A stretch of 61,848 nucleotides of DNA, counting the filler, from Limisphaerales bacterium (GTDB taxonomy: Bacteria; Verrucomicrobiota; Verrucomicrobiia; Limisphaerales; SIBE01): NCBI GenBank assembly GCA_044225505.1. It is 2 parts of 2 records of this genome, joined end to end, with 100 filler letters (N's around TTAATTAATTAA, not from the genome) between each part and the next. Parts side by side here need not be neighbours in the genome. Positions count along the whole stretch, not along the records: positions 1 to 30,941 come from JBGAIN010000095.1; 1 more part is not named here. The stretch is one strand, 5' to 3'. The notes under the pieces were generated by a model that did not search any database, was not told the DNA's origin, and saw only the letters and a program-made list of their open reading frames with translations. Each line of letters begins with the position of its first letter. Within the stretch, counting starts at the first letter, position 1. Shown one piece after another: positions 21,191 to 30,507 of this stretch. Both the position numbers and the translations under genes were made by a program.

Positions 21191-21940
21191 ATGGAATCGA
21201 TTTTGCCACCGCTCATCCCAGGCACCCTTTACCTGGTCGCAACTCCCATCGGGAATCTCGAAGACATTACCCTCCGCGCGTTGCGCACCTTGCGGGAATG
21301 CGATCTGATCGCCGCGGAGGATACCCGCCACACCGCCAGGCTCCTGCAGCATTATCAAATCTCGAAACCGTTGATCAACTATTTCAAGTTTAACGAAGCT
21401 CGCCGTTCCGCCGAAATTGCGGATCGGCTTCGTGCCGGCGCCAAAATCGCCTTGGTGACCGACGCCGGCACTCCTGGCATTAGTGACCCAGGGGAAAGGG
21501 TCGTGGCTTCAGTCCTGGCCGCTGGTTGCCGGGTTGAATCCGTGCCTGGCCCCTGCGCTCTTGTCACGGCCTTGACAGCGAGTGGCCTGCCTGCCGATGA
21601 ATTTCATTTTGTCGGTTTCCTGCCGCATAAGTCCGGGCAACGCCGCAAACAATTGGAGGAGCTGAGCAAGATTCCAGGGACGCTCATTCTCTACGAGTCG
21701 CCCTACCGGGTCGACAAGCTCCTCGTCGAACTCCAGGCGACCTTTCCGAACCGGCCTGTGGTGCTGGCTCGCGAGCTGACCAAGAAATTTGAAGAATACC
21801 TTCGCGGCACTCCAGCCGACCTTCAAGGCATCCTCCAAGAGCGTCGGCTGAAGGGCGAGTTTGTGGTGCTGATAGGCGCGGCCCCAGGCAAACCGCCGAG
21901 GACCGAGGAAGACGCCCCTCTTGACCCTTCGTCACTGTGA
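21191..21940 (+). CDS. rsmI: 16S rRNA (cytidine(1402)-2'-O)-methyltransferase
   Basis: LYLVATPIGNLEDITLRA, AAEDTR, DAGTPGISDPG, YESPYR, ARELTKKFEE. Alternative start at 21173. Confidence 0.95.
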   Translation: MESILPPLIPGTLYLVATPIGNLEDITLRALRTLRECDLIAAEDTRHTARLLQHYQISKPLINYFKFNEARRSAEIADRLRAGAKIALVTDAGTPGISDPGERVVASVLAAGCRVESVPGPCALVTALTASGLPADEFHFVGFLPHKSGQRRKQLEELSKIPGTLILYESPYRVDKLLVELQATFPNRPVVLARELTKKFEEYLRGTPADLQGILQERRLKGEFVVLIGAAPGKPPRTEEDAPLDPSSL

Positions 21941-23646
21941 TAACTCAACACGCCCATTTCGTGCTCATCGCGTTGGCCGTCCTGTTCAACACCTCGTGCG
22001 CGAGGCCGAAGCTGCCGAACTCGTCCAGCGCCGTGCACGACATTGTCATCCGCAATGCCACTCTCTTCGATGGCAGTGGCGCTCCTGAAGTGGTGGGGGA
22101 TCTCGCGATCGATGGAGACACGATCACTGCGATGGGCCAACTCGACCAAGCCCGCGGTCGTACCGAACTGAATGCCCGCGGCCTGGCAGTCGCGCCAGGC
22201 TTCATCAACATGCTGAGCTGGGCCACCCAAAGCCTGATTGCTGATGGCCGTTCCCAGAGCGATATCCGCCAAGGCGTTACCCTGGAGGTCTTCGGTGAAG
22301 GCGAGTCCATGGGACCGCTCACTCCAGCCATGAAGCAGGATTTGCACGCGGCGCAGGCAGATCTCCACTTTGAGGTGGAATGGACAACGCTGGGAGAATA
22401 TCTCGATTTCCTGGTTCGCCAAGGCGTCTCGCCGAACGTTGCTTCGTTTGTCGGCGCCACCACCGTTCGCATTCACGAACTTGGCTACGCCAATCGCGCT
22501 CCTACGCCGGATGAATTGGAACGAATGAAGCACCTGGTCGCGCAGGCCATGCGGGAGGGAGCCTTGGGAGTTGGCTCTGCTCTCATTTACGCGCCGGCCT
22601 TCTACGCGCAACCCGAAGAGTTGGTCGCGCTCGCGGCGGTCGCATCGTCCTACGGTGGAATGTACATTTCTCACCTTCGGAGCGAGGGTGTGCGGCTTTT
22701 GGAAGGCTTGGATGAACTGATTCAGCTAGCCCGGGCTGCTCGCATCCCAGCAGAAGTGTACCATCTGAAAGCCGCCGGCATCGCGAACTGGCCAAAACTG
22801 GATTTGGCCATCCAAAAGATCGAGGAAGCCCGCGCTTCCGGTCTCCGCATCACCGCTGACATGTATGCGTACACTGCCGCCGCGACGGGCCTTGACGCTG
22901 CGATGCCGCCCTGGGTTCAGGAAGGCGGGGTGGACGCCTGGATTGCACGACTCCGGGACCCGGCCATTCGCGCGCGCGTCGCGCAAGAGATGCGAACCCC
23001 CACGGACCGCTGGGAGAACTATTACATCGCCGCCGGGGACCCAAGCAACATCCTGCTCGTTGGCTTCAAGAACGACCGACTCAAACGGTTGACCGGTAAA
23101 ACGCTGGCTCAGGTCGCGGCGGAACGAGGACGGCCGCCCGAGGAAACTGCCATCGACTTGGTGATCGAAGACAATAGTCGTATCGAGACCGTTTACTTTG
23201 TGATGTCGGAGGCGAATATTCGGAAACAACTCGCCTTGCCTTGGGTCAGCTTCGCTTCGGATGCTCCCTCTCTTGCTCCAGAAGGCCCCTTCTTAAAATC
23301 GAACCCGCATCCTCGGGCTTATGGAAACGTTCCACGGCTCTTGGGGAAGTATGTTCGCGACGAACGAGCCCTCCCCCTGCGCGAGGCCATCCGCCGTCTC
23401 ACTTCCTTGCCCGCGACCAATCTCAAGCTCACCCGCCGAGGCGCTCTGAAAGTGGGATATTATGCCGACGTGGTCGTATTCGATCCCGAGAGGATCCGTG
23501 ATCATGCGGACTACGCCCATCCGCACCGATACTCGACAGGGATCCTGCACGTCTTTGTCAACGGCGTTCCAGTCCTCCGCGACGGTCAGCATACCGGGGC
23601 AAAACCCGGCCGCGTCGTGCGTGGTCCTGGCTGGCAACCCCGCTGA
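21937..23646 (+). CDS. N-acyl-D-amino-acid deacylase family amidohydrolase, probable lipoprotein
   Basis: VAPGFIN, SHLRSEG, YHLK, PHPRAYGN, ADVVVFDP, HVFVNG. Hydrophobic leader ending in TSC. Confidence 0.85.
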   Translation: MITQHAHFVLIALAVLFNTSCARPKLPNSSSAVHDIVIRNATLFDGSGAPEVVGDLAIDGDTITAMGQLDQARGRTELNARGLAVAPGFINMLSWATQSLIADGRSQSDIRQGVTLEVFGEGESMGPLTPAMKQDLHAAQADLHFEVEWTTLGEYLDFLVRQGVSPNVASFVGATTVRIHELGYANRAPTPDELERMKHLVAQAMREGALGVGSALIYAPAFYAQPEELVALAAVASSYGGMYISHLRSEGVRLLEGLDELIQLARAARIPAEVYHLKAAGIANWPKLDLAIQKIEEARASGLRITADMYAYTAAATGLDAAMPPWVQEGGVDAWIARLRDPAIRARVAQEMRTPTDRWENYYIAAGDPSNILLVGFKNDRLKRLTGKTLAQVAAERGRPPEETAIDLVIEDNSRIETVYFVMSEANIRKQLALPWVSFASDAPSLAPEGPFLKSNPHPRAYGNVPRLLGKYVRDERALPLREAIRRLTSLPATNLKLTRRGALKVGYYADVVVFDPERIRDHADYAHPHRYSTGILHVFVNGVPVLRDGQHTGAKPGRVVRGPGWQPR

Positions 23647-23821
23647 CCTTTCGTCAGGTGGCAAGCGGTCCACTTCGCACTTGGGGTTCCTCCACCAGTG
23701 CCCCATCCCGTGGACCCGAAAACGGGAAATGTACCCCAGCGCGTTTCCAGATCGCCACAGAAAACATTGGCAACAAAATTGCCTTAACGGTGTGCCTGTC
23801 GCAAACCAGAACCCGACCCTG

Positions 23822-24331
23822 ATGGAACGGCGCGATATTCGCGATCAAGTCGAACACATGCTCAATGGCCTCACGCGCGATCCGAGTTTACGCGACGATC
23901 TCCGACAGGAAGCTCTGATTCGCCTTTGGCAACTCCAGGAAGAGAGCCCACCCAAGACCACGACGTGGTACGTCCAGAGCTGCCGATTTCGCGCCTTGCA
24001 CTACATCGCACGCGGCCGCAGCGTTGACTCCCCCAAGCGCTGCGCCCATCGCGTCCTTCCCGTGCCTGAGGATGAGGAAAGCTGGATTCAGCATTTTGGC
24101 GAGACGAGTCCTGTGCTGCAATGCGTCAGCGCGAGAGACCTGTTGGCCTCTTTGTCACGTCTGCTCAATCGAACTCAGATGCAGGTCCTTGAGTGGACCG
24201 CCGAAGGGATGAGCACCCGCGAGGTCGCCGGACGCTTGCATATCTCCCATCCGATGGTGATCAAACACCTGCGCAAAATTGCCGCCGCCGCCGAGACGTT
24301 ATCCCTCGATCGCCACGCGTTTGGCGCTTGA
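23822..24331 (+). CDS. ECF-like sigma-70 family factor (region 2 + region 4 HTH)
   Basis: RDDLRQEALIRLW (region 2) and EGMSTREVAGRLHISHPMV (region 4 HTH). Confidence 0.7.
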   Translation: MERRDIRDQVEHMLNGLTRDPSLRDDLRQEALIRLWQLQEESPPKTTTWYVQSCRFRALHYIARGRSVDSPKRCAHRVLPVPEDEESWIQHFGETSPVLQCVSARDLLASLSRLLNRTQMQVLEWTAEGMSTREVAGRLHISHPMVIKHLRKIAAAAETLSLDRHAFGA

Positions 24332-24371
24332 GCGCTTGGATCCTTGCTGGCAACCCCGCACCCGCGTTCTG

Positions 24372-27300
24372 TTATCGGCTGGTTGGAGCGCCGTCCGACG
24401 GTCCTTGCAGCTCTTGTCCAGACCGCAAGAAGGCAATGAGATCGAGAATCTCCTCGCGATCGAGAATGTTGATCAACCCTTCGGGCATGGGTGACAGTGC
24501 GGAAGGCGCGATCGATTCCACGTCGCTGCGCAAGACCTTCTCCCTTCCCCCTGAGACCGGATCCGTCTCGACGATCAGCGTTTCACTGTTCTCGCGAACG
24601 ATTCGGCCCGTCAAACTCTCGCCCGATTTCAGCATGACGTTGACGTTTTGATATTGCTCTGAGACGACTTTAGAAGGTTCCACGATCGATTCGAGCAACG
24701 AGCGCGCGTCGTACTTGCTCGCCACGCCCGTCAACTCCGGTCCCACCGAACCACCGTCGGCACGAAACCGGTGACACGTGACGCATTGACTATCCACAAA
24801 GGCTTGTCTCCCACGACTCAAATTCCGTTCCGTCGTGAGCTTCTCCAACGATGGGACCAACTCGGCCAATGCCCAAGCACGGACGAAACCGCGATTAGAT
24901 GACGGCAATAATTGCGCCCGCTGCAAGGGCGCTTCGACCAATTCAGCGAGTTGCTTTCGCTCAGCCGCCGTCATGGTCGCCAAGGCATCCGCGCGGAACT
25001 CTCGCAGGTACTTGTCTACCCAAGCGCCGTCCACGTAGGAACGGCCGACATCAGCGAACCAGCGCACTAGCTCGGGCGGACGGGTGATGCCTGAACGCGG
25101 TTTGAGAAACCATTCCAAGTACTGACGTCGATCGGCAATCGACCATCCATTGGTGGCATTACGCAGTTGGGCCACGTAGTGGAACTGTTCTTCCTGAGTT
25201 GGCGCGGCTGCCAGGAGTTGGACAGTTTTACGAACCGCTCCTGGCGCATCGAGGCAGAGCAGAACTCGAGAAAGTTCCCGATTCAGCGGCCACTGAGCCG
25301 CTGGATAAGCGCGATCCAGTCGCTCCCGCAAACGTTCCAAGGCAAGCTCGGCACGAGGCCGATGGCGTGCCCACCGCACTTCTAAAACCCGCAAAAACAA
25401 GAGCTTCTGCCATTCCGGCAGCGTCTCAAACGGCGCGCGCTCAAGCGCCGACCAGAAACGCCCGCCCACCTCGGCCGGGCCAACCCTCGCCAACGCGAGC
25501 AGCGCCATCAGCTGTGCCAACGAATAGTCGCCTTGGGTGGCCCGCGATTCCCACCGCTCCACCGGTTGACGCTCCAACGCGAGGCGCGCGCTGAAGCGCA
25601 GGGCTCGATCTTCGCTCCCCAACCGCGACCAAATGAACGCCATCTCGCCGTCGTCCGCGTGCGCCGAAATGCCTTCCAGGCGATGCCGCTCTGCAGCACT
25701 GCCCCCAACCGTCCCCGCCAGCGGTCTGGAGGAGGTCACCGGGCCCTCGTAGGTCACTCGATACAGTCCAGACTGGGTCCCCCGCCCGCCCGTGATGAAG
25801 TAGAGCGCGCCGTCAGGGCCGAAATCCGCATCGGTCAAATTGAGCGGTGCGCCTGCGAGAAACGGTTCGAACGCCCCCCGATAACTCGCGCCCAATGGCT
25901 CCAACTGAACGAATAGAATTCGGCCATAAGACCAATCGAGCAGAAACATGCCGTTTTGGTACTTTGTGGGAAATCGGCTTCGCGTTCCGAAGCGCACACC
26001 CGTTGGGGAACCAATCCCGACGTCCACAACCGCAGGGAGGCTGTCTTCGTAATATTCCGGCCAAGTCCGGGTACCGTCGCGCCAGCCGTAATCACCTCCG
26101 GCCACCAGATGCAACACGCGCGTCGGCCGGTACCAAGGAGTGCCCCAATCCCACTCCATGTCACTGTCGAACGTAAACAACTCCCCTTCCGGACTGAAAT
26201 CGAACGCGTAGGCATTGCGCATGCCCCCGGCCCACAACTCCCACTCTTTGCCGTCGGCATCCGTTCGCAGCACGTGGCACTGCGCGGCCCGCTCCGTGCC
26301 CGCTTCCAACGTTTCATCAGGATTCAACGAAAGGACATCCTGCCCGTAATGCTGGAATGCGGAATCCTTCCGCAGCCCGCGCGGGAGTTTCGTTCCATTT
26401 CCGTTCACGAGATAAATCCGCCCGTCCGGGCCAAGCCGCACGGCGTGATACCCGTGTTCACTGCCGCCTTCAAAGCTCTTGAGCAGTTTGAGCTCGTCCG
26501 GGTCGAACTGATCGTTCTGATTGGCATCAACGAGGCGGTATAGCCCCGCGCCGTCCGGACCGCGCGCATTGGCATAGAGGCTGTCATAGGCGTAAAGAAG
26601 ACCCATGGCATAGTGAACCGGCGCGGCAATCGGCTCCACCTGGCTGACTTGCCTATTCGAAAAAGAAACCCGTAGCAAGGGCCGCTTGTCCCCTTCGGAC
26701 GCGATGGTCAGGCGCCCTTTCGGATCAAACGCCAGGCAGATCCACGACCCTTCGTCCGACGCCGCAGACCGGAGCAACTCCACTTTGAACCCGGCCGGCA
26801 CGGTCAAGCCCTCCGCCGCCGTCGCGGCCGAGCGGAAGAGCACATCCCCCCACGGTTCCATCCCGTGAGTGCCCAGGAGCTGGACAGGCTGCCAGGGTGC
26901 CGCGTCGAATCCCAAAGTGTTCCAACCGGGCGCGGCATTCGTGGAAGTGAGCCAAGTGTCATCCGTAATTACGTTGGTCTCGCCACCCAAACCCAATTGC
27001 ACGAGGAGTCCCGCCAGGCCATTGGTGTTCCAGGCCCGCACCCCCAAGACATTCTCCCCTTGGTTCAACCGGACCGTTACCTCAGCTCGGATCGGGCGAT
27101 CCCATCGATCGCATCGAGCCACCAGCAGGCCGTTGAGAAAGATCTCCGCCCCGTCGTCGGCTGTGCCGGTCAGGCGGGCATTCCAGAGCAGCGGCGGCGT
27201 GCGAAAACTCTTGCGAAAATAGACCGAGGTTGCGCCCGGGCCCGGAGTACCGTTGGAGTGCCAGATCCACTGGGGCGTCTGCGCGACCACCGGGCATAGC

Positions 27301-27374
27301 CCACTGAGCAAGATCGCCCCAACCAACCTGACAGCCTGGCAGACTCTACCTGGGAAAAAATCAACGATGGGCAT
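24372..27374 (-). CDS. PVC-type heme-binding dehydrogenase-like protein (beta-sandwich + glucose/sorbosone-DH-like propeller + HEAT repeats + cytochrome c)
   Basis: QWIW..VYFRKSF, GMRNAY, DSDMEWD.G.PWYRPTR, GSPTG, CVTCH..GPELT, SIVEPS, LSPMPEGL. Start approximate. Confidence 0.85.
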   Translation of the reverse strand: MPIVDFFPGRVCQAVRLVGAILLSGLCPVVAQTPQWIWHSNGTPGPGATSVYFRKSFRTPPLLWNARLTGTADDGAEIFLNGLLVARCDRWDRPIRAEVTVRLNQGENVLGVRAWNTNGLAGLLVQLGLGGETNVITDDTWLTSTNAAPGWNTLGFDAAPWQPVQLLGTHGMEPWGDVLFRSAATAAEGLTVPAGFKVELLRSAASDEGSWICLAFDPKGRLTIASEGDKRPLLRVSFSNRQVSQVEPIAAPVHYAMGLLYAYDSLYANARGPDGAGLYRLVDANQNDQFDPDELKLLKSFEGGSEHGYHAVRLGPDGRIYLVNGNGTKLPRGLRKDSAFQHYGQDVLSLNPDETLEAGTERAAQCHVLRTDADGKEWELWAGGMRNAYAFDFSPEGELFTFDSDMEWDWGTPWYRPTRVLHLVAGGDYGWRDGTRTWPEYYEDSLPAVVDVGIGSPTGVRFGTRSRFPTKYQNGMFLLDWSYGRILFVQLEPLGASYRGAFEPFLAGAPLNLTDADFGPDGALYFITGGRGTQSGLYRVTYEGPVTSSRPLAGTVGGSAAERHRLEGISAHADDGEMAFIWSRLGSEDRALRFSARLALERQPVERWESRATQGDYSLAQLMALLALARVGPAEVGGRFWSALERAPFETLPEWQKLLFLRVLEVRWARHRPRAELALERLRERLDRAYPAAQWPLNRELSRVLLCLDAPGAVRKTVQLLAAAPTQEEQFHYVAQLRNATNGWSIADRRQYLEWFLKPRSGITRPPELVRWFADVGRSYVDGAWVDKYLREFRADALATMTAAERKQLAELVEAPLQRAQLLPSSNRGFVRAWALAELVPSLEKLTTERNLSRGRQAFVDSQCVTCHRFRADGGSVGPELTGVASKYDARSLLESIVEPSKVVSEQYQNVNVMLKSGESLTGRIVRENSETLIVETDPVSGGREKVLRSDVESIAPSALSPMPEGLINILDREEILDLIAFLRSGQELQGPSDGAPTSR

Positions 27375-27475
27375 GGCGTTAAGATGTCCACTATCTGTCG
27401 AATTCAGCCACTTGAAAAGACGCGAATTCCGCTTGCCGCCTCTCTCTCTTTGCCATTGCATCACCGGTTTAAGGA

Positions 27476-28714
27476 ATGAACGTCGAACGCGAACTTGTAG
27501 CTATCCTGATCTTCGCCGGCACCTACCTGCTGATCAGCGGTCGGCGCCTCAAGATTCTCCCGTTGAACCGGCCCGCCGCGGCGCTCGTGGGCGCGGTGCT
27601 TATGGTCTGTTCCGGAGTGATGACCCCCGATCAAGCCTACCGCGCCGTCGACTACGACACCCTCGTATTGCTCCTCGGCATGATGCTTATCTCCGCGTAT
27701 CTCTTTATGGGCGGCTTTTTCGATTGGGCGGCCGACCGAATTCTGCGCATCGCAGGCTCCCCGCAAAAGCTCTTACTTTTGCTCATCCTGACATCCGGAT
27801 CCCTGTCCGCATTGCTGGTGAACGATACCGTGTGCCTGATGCTTACTCCCCTCGTCGTCGCGGTGATGGTGCGAGGCGGATTGCCGCTCACTCCCTATCT
27901 CCTGGCGTTGGCTATGAGCGCCAATCTCGGCAGCGTGGCCACCCTGGTCGGCAACCCGCAGAACATGATCATCGGTCATCTCTCCAAGATTCCTTTCTTG
28001 CACTTCTCGTTCTCCCTGTTGCCAGTTGCGCTCGTAGGGCTGGCGATTAATTACCTCGTCTTAAGCTTTGGCTTCCGCGAAGCGCTCCGAACCGCTGTGT
28101 TGCGAACTCCCGCCGACATCAACAAACCTCTCGACCGCCGTTTGATCACGCTCTGCTTTGTCGTCCTAACCCTTGTCTTCGTCGGATTTGTCCTCGGTTT
28201 TAACCTGGCATGGACCGCGCTGGCCGGGGGCGCGGTCGTGATGGTCTTGGCGCGACGCGACACCCACGACGTCTTGAAACTTGTCGACTGGCATTTGCTG
28301 GTCTTCTTTGCCGCCCTCTTTGTCGTCGTCGAAGGATTGAACGGCACGGGCCTTCCCGATCAGATCTATGCGCGCGTCCGAGGCTTGTTCGGAACCTCGT
28401 CAACCAGCCAGGCGTGGAACCTCACTTGGTTTTCTGCGGTCGGTTCCAACATTTTCTCCAATGTTCCTTTCGTTCTCGTCGCGGGTAAATGGATTCCGAA
28501 TTTCGCCAATCCTGTCTTGATGTGGAAGGTTATGGCCCTCGCCACGACCTTCGCCGGTAATCTCACGATCCTGGGCTCGGTCGCCAACGTGATCGTGGTC
28601 GAATCCGCCCGAGGCCACGTTGAAGTCGGGTTTTGGGATTACGCCAGGTTCGGGATTCCCGTGACGATCCTGACCACCGTCGCGGGGATGCTTGTGCTGC
28701 TCATGCTCGGATAA
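27476..28714 (+). CDS. ArsB/NhaD-like (ion transporter superfamily) anion transporter
   Basis: Many TM segments, [53 protein letters not shown]. Confidence 0.88.
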   Translation: MNVERELVAILIFAGTYLLISGRRLKILPLNRPAAALVGAVLMVCSGVMTPDQAYRAVDYDTLVLLLGMMLISAYLFMGGFFDWAADRILRIAGSPQKLLLLLILTSGSLSALLVNDTVCLMLTPLVVAVMVRGGLPLTPYLLALAMSANLGSVATLVGNPQNMIIGHLSKIPFLHFSFSLLPVALVGLAINYLVLSFGFREALRTAVLRTPADINKPLDRRLITLCFVVLTLVFVGFVLGFNLAWTALAGGAVVMVLARRDTHDVLKLVDWHLLVFFAALFVVVEGLNGTGLPDQIYARVRGLFGTSSTSQAWNLTWFSAVGSNIFSNVPFVLVAGKWIPNFANPVLMWKVMALATTFAGNLTILGSVANVIVVESARGHVEVGFWDYARFGIPVTILTTVAGMLVLLMLG

Positions 28715-28906
28715 GAGTGCCACGACAATCTTTGAGCCGAATGCTTATCGGCCACAGGAGAAACCCAGGGTGCCAGGCTTGACGCCACCGCTCAGAATCG
28801 AAGGCCTGCCGAAACGACTTGCTCAAAGTCCGGTTCCACGCATACTAACGTTCGTTTCCGGGAGTCTAGGGATGGGCTTTCGGGATCGGTTGAGGGTTAG
28901 TCACTC

Positions 28907-28983
28907 GCGTCCGTAGCTCAATTGGATAGAGCATTTGACTTCGGATCAAAGGGTTGCAGGTTCAAGTCCTGCCGGGCGCGCCA
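28907..28983 (+). tRNA. tRNA-Arg (anticodon TCG)
   Basis: Cloverleaf: acceptor GCGTCCG/CGGGCGC, D arm GCTC-AATTGGATA-GAGC, anticodon arm TTTGA-CT TCG GA-TCAAA, T arm GCAGG-TTCAAGT-CCTGC, encoded CCA end. Confidence 0.96.
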
Positions 28984-29120
28984 GATTGACAATCAACGGG
29001 TTACAAAGGAAGCAAACGAGTGTTTTGAACATTAGCTTTTGCAATCCTTTTGCATTCGCAACGTTTAGCTACCGCGACTTGTCCGCCGTCATTCCGGCAA
29101 CCCGAGGCCATAATCAGCCT

Positions 29121-29554
29121 ATGAGCGACTTCGCCAAATGCCACTGTCAACACTGCAAAGGCCGATTCGAAATTCCACGAGCCTATATTGGCTTGGAACA
29201 CGAATGCCCCCACTGCAAGGCGTCTACATTAGTCGTCGAGGACGAGTTACCTCCTCCGTTGCCGTCGATTGAGCCCGTCTGGCCGGTAAAGAGCGCTCGC
29301 TTCCGCAAACCAACGGGGGACTCGTTGTTGTCGGCATGCTAGTTGGCTTCGGAATGCTCTTCTGTGCGTTTACCGAATCGGATTCAAAAACTGTGTTTCA
29401 ACAGATCGGTTCTAGGATGCTCCTTGTCGGCGGCTTCGTGATTTGTGGTATAGCGGCTCTGATTCAGGCCGTTTCACCCGTAGCCCGACAAATCGGAGAA
29501 ATTGCGGTAAGGCTGGAGAGCATTGAGGAACGTCTGGTTAAGACAAGAAAGTGA
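29121..29554 (+). pseudogene. Zinc-ribbon + proline linker + two-TM membrane protein, apparently split by a frameshift
   Basis: Frame A (29121-29342): CQHC...CPHC, PPPLP. Frame B is open from 29273: ...NGGLVVVGMLVGFGMLFCAF...MLLVGGFVICGIAALIQ (two TM segments). Confidence 0.5.
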
Positions 29555-29586
29555 GCTTACTGCCTTAAAGACTAGAACAGAAAGCC

Positions 29587-29623
29587 AAAGCCCCCGTCTG
29601 GCGAAAGCTGGGCGGGGCTTTTT
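29587..29623 (+). terminator. Rho-independent terminator
   Basis: AAAGCCCCCGTCTGGC-GAAA-GCTGGGCGGGGC followed by TTTTT. Confidence 0.75.
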
Positions 29624-29826
29624 GTTAAATCATGATTTGATCGAGCGGACAGCCACTTTGAAACCAAAAAAACTTCACCGAACGCTCGTTTCGCTTTTCC
29701 CTCAAGCACTTTCGTGAAAAGCTTTTTAAGACATTGCTGGACTGAAAAACTCGTGTCAATGTTTTTCCAATAAGTTACTACAGTTTTTAACGTTAAAATT
29801 TTACTAGTCATTGCTGTAAACGCGAC

Positions 29827-30507
29827 ATGGAATTGACCGTTCCCAAAGAAGTAAAACCTGTTATTCAGCGGTTCATCAAGCTGCCAGCGCAATCGATTGA
29901 TTCCCTTGTGCAGGCGCTGGCGATAACTAAGCCCACGTTAACGGTGGAGAAGTTAATCGCCGAAATTGAAAAGAATTCATCGCTGCCGGCCAACGAGGTA
30001 CAGGCTTACATCCGCGCCTTTCTAGGCATGGCTATCTTTGTCCAGACTTTAGCAAAAACAGAATTAGAGTTTGCGAGTGCGCTTACAGAGAGCCTCTCCA
30101 AAGATAATCCTGACTTAAAGCCCGCAGATCAAAGCTGGGCTTCATTTGCTGCGCAGTTAGCCCAGATCCTGGCGGCACCCGCGATTCGCATTTCCTCTCA
30201 TGCCTTGGACGTGCTGACGGAGTCGGAGCATGTGTTTCAGTCTGTCCGAATCATTTCTGACATTCGTCCAATATTCGACAGCGAACTATCGGCGACGCCA
30301 CCCGCCGCGTTGATTATCCACCATTTGAATATAGCGTTCAAAGAGCTTGATTCTGTGCGGCAGATTTCCATCGCCTTGGATTCTAGCGATCTTGAAAGTT
30401 TAAGAAGTGTTTTGGATCGCGCATTGATTAAAGAAGAGACTTTAAGACGGCTAATCTTAAAAGACGGACTACAATGTCTGGAGACAACAGATGCTACGGC
30501 AATCTAA
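29827..30507 (+). CDS. Hypothetical protein, probable bacterial COMMD-like protein (helical N-domain + COMM-type beta-beta-beta-alpha C-domain)
   Basis: 226 aa. First ~130 aa look like amphipathic helices, followed by FQSVRIISDIRPIF / ALIIHHLNIAF / ISIALD / SSDLESLRSVLDRALIKEETL. Pattern recognition only. Confidence 0.6.
   Translation: MELTVPKEVKPVIQRFIKLPAQSIDSLVQALAITKPTLTVEKLIAEIEKNSSLPANEVQAYIRAFLGMAIFVQTLAKTELEFASALTESLSKDNPDLKPADQSWASFAAQLAQILAAPAIRISSHALDVLTESEHVFQSVRIISDIRPIFDSELSATPPAALIIHHLNIAFKELDSVRQISIALDSSDLESLRSVLDRALIKEETLRRLILKDGLQCLETTDATAI

Noticed and set aside
23462..23821. N-terminal extension of the sigma-like ORF
   Set aside because: It overlaps the deacylase gene in another frame, and sigma similarity begins only near the ATG at 23822.
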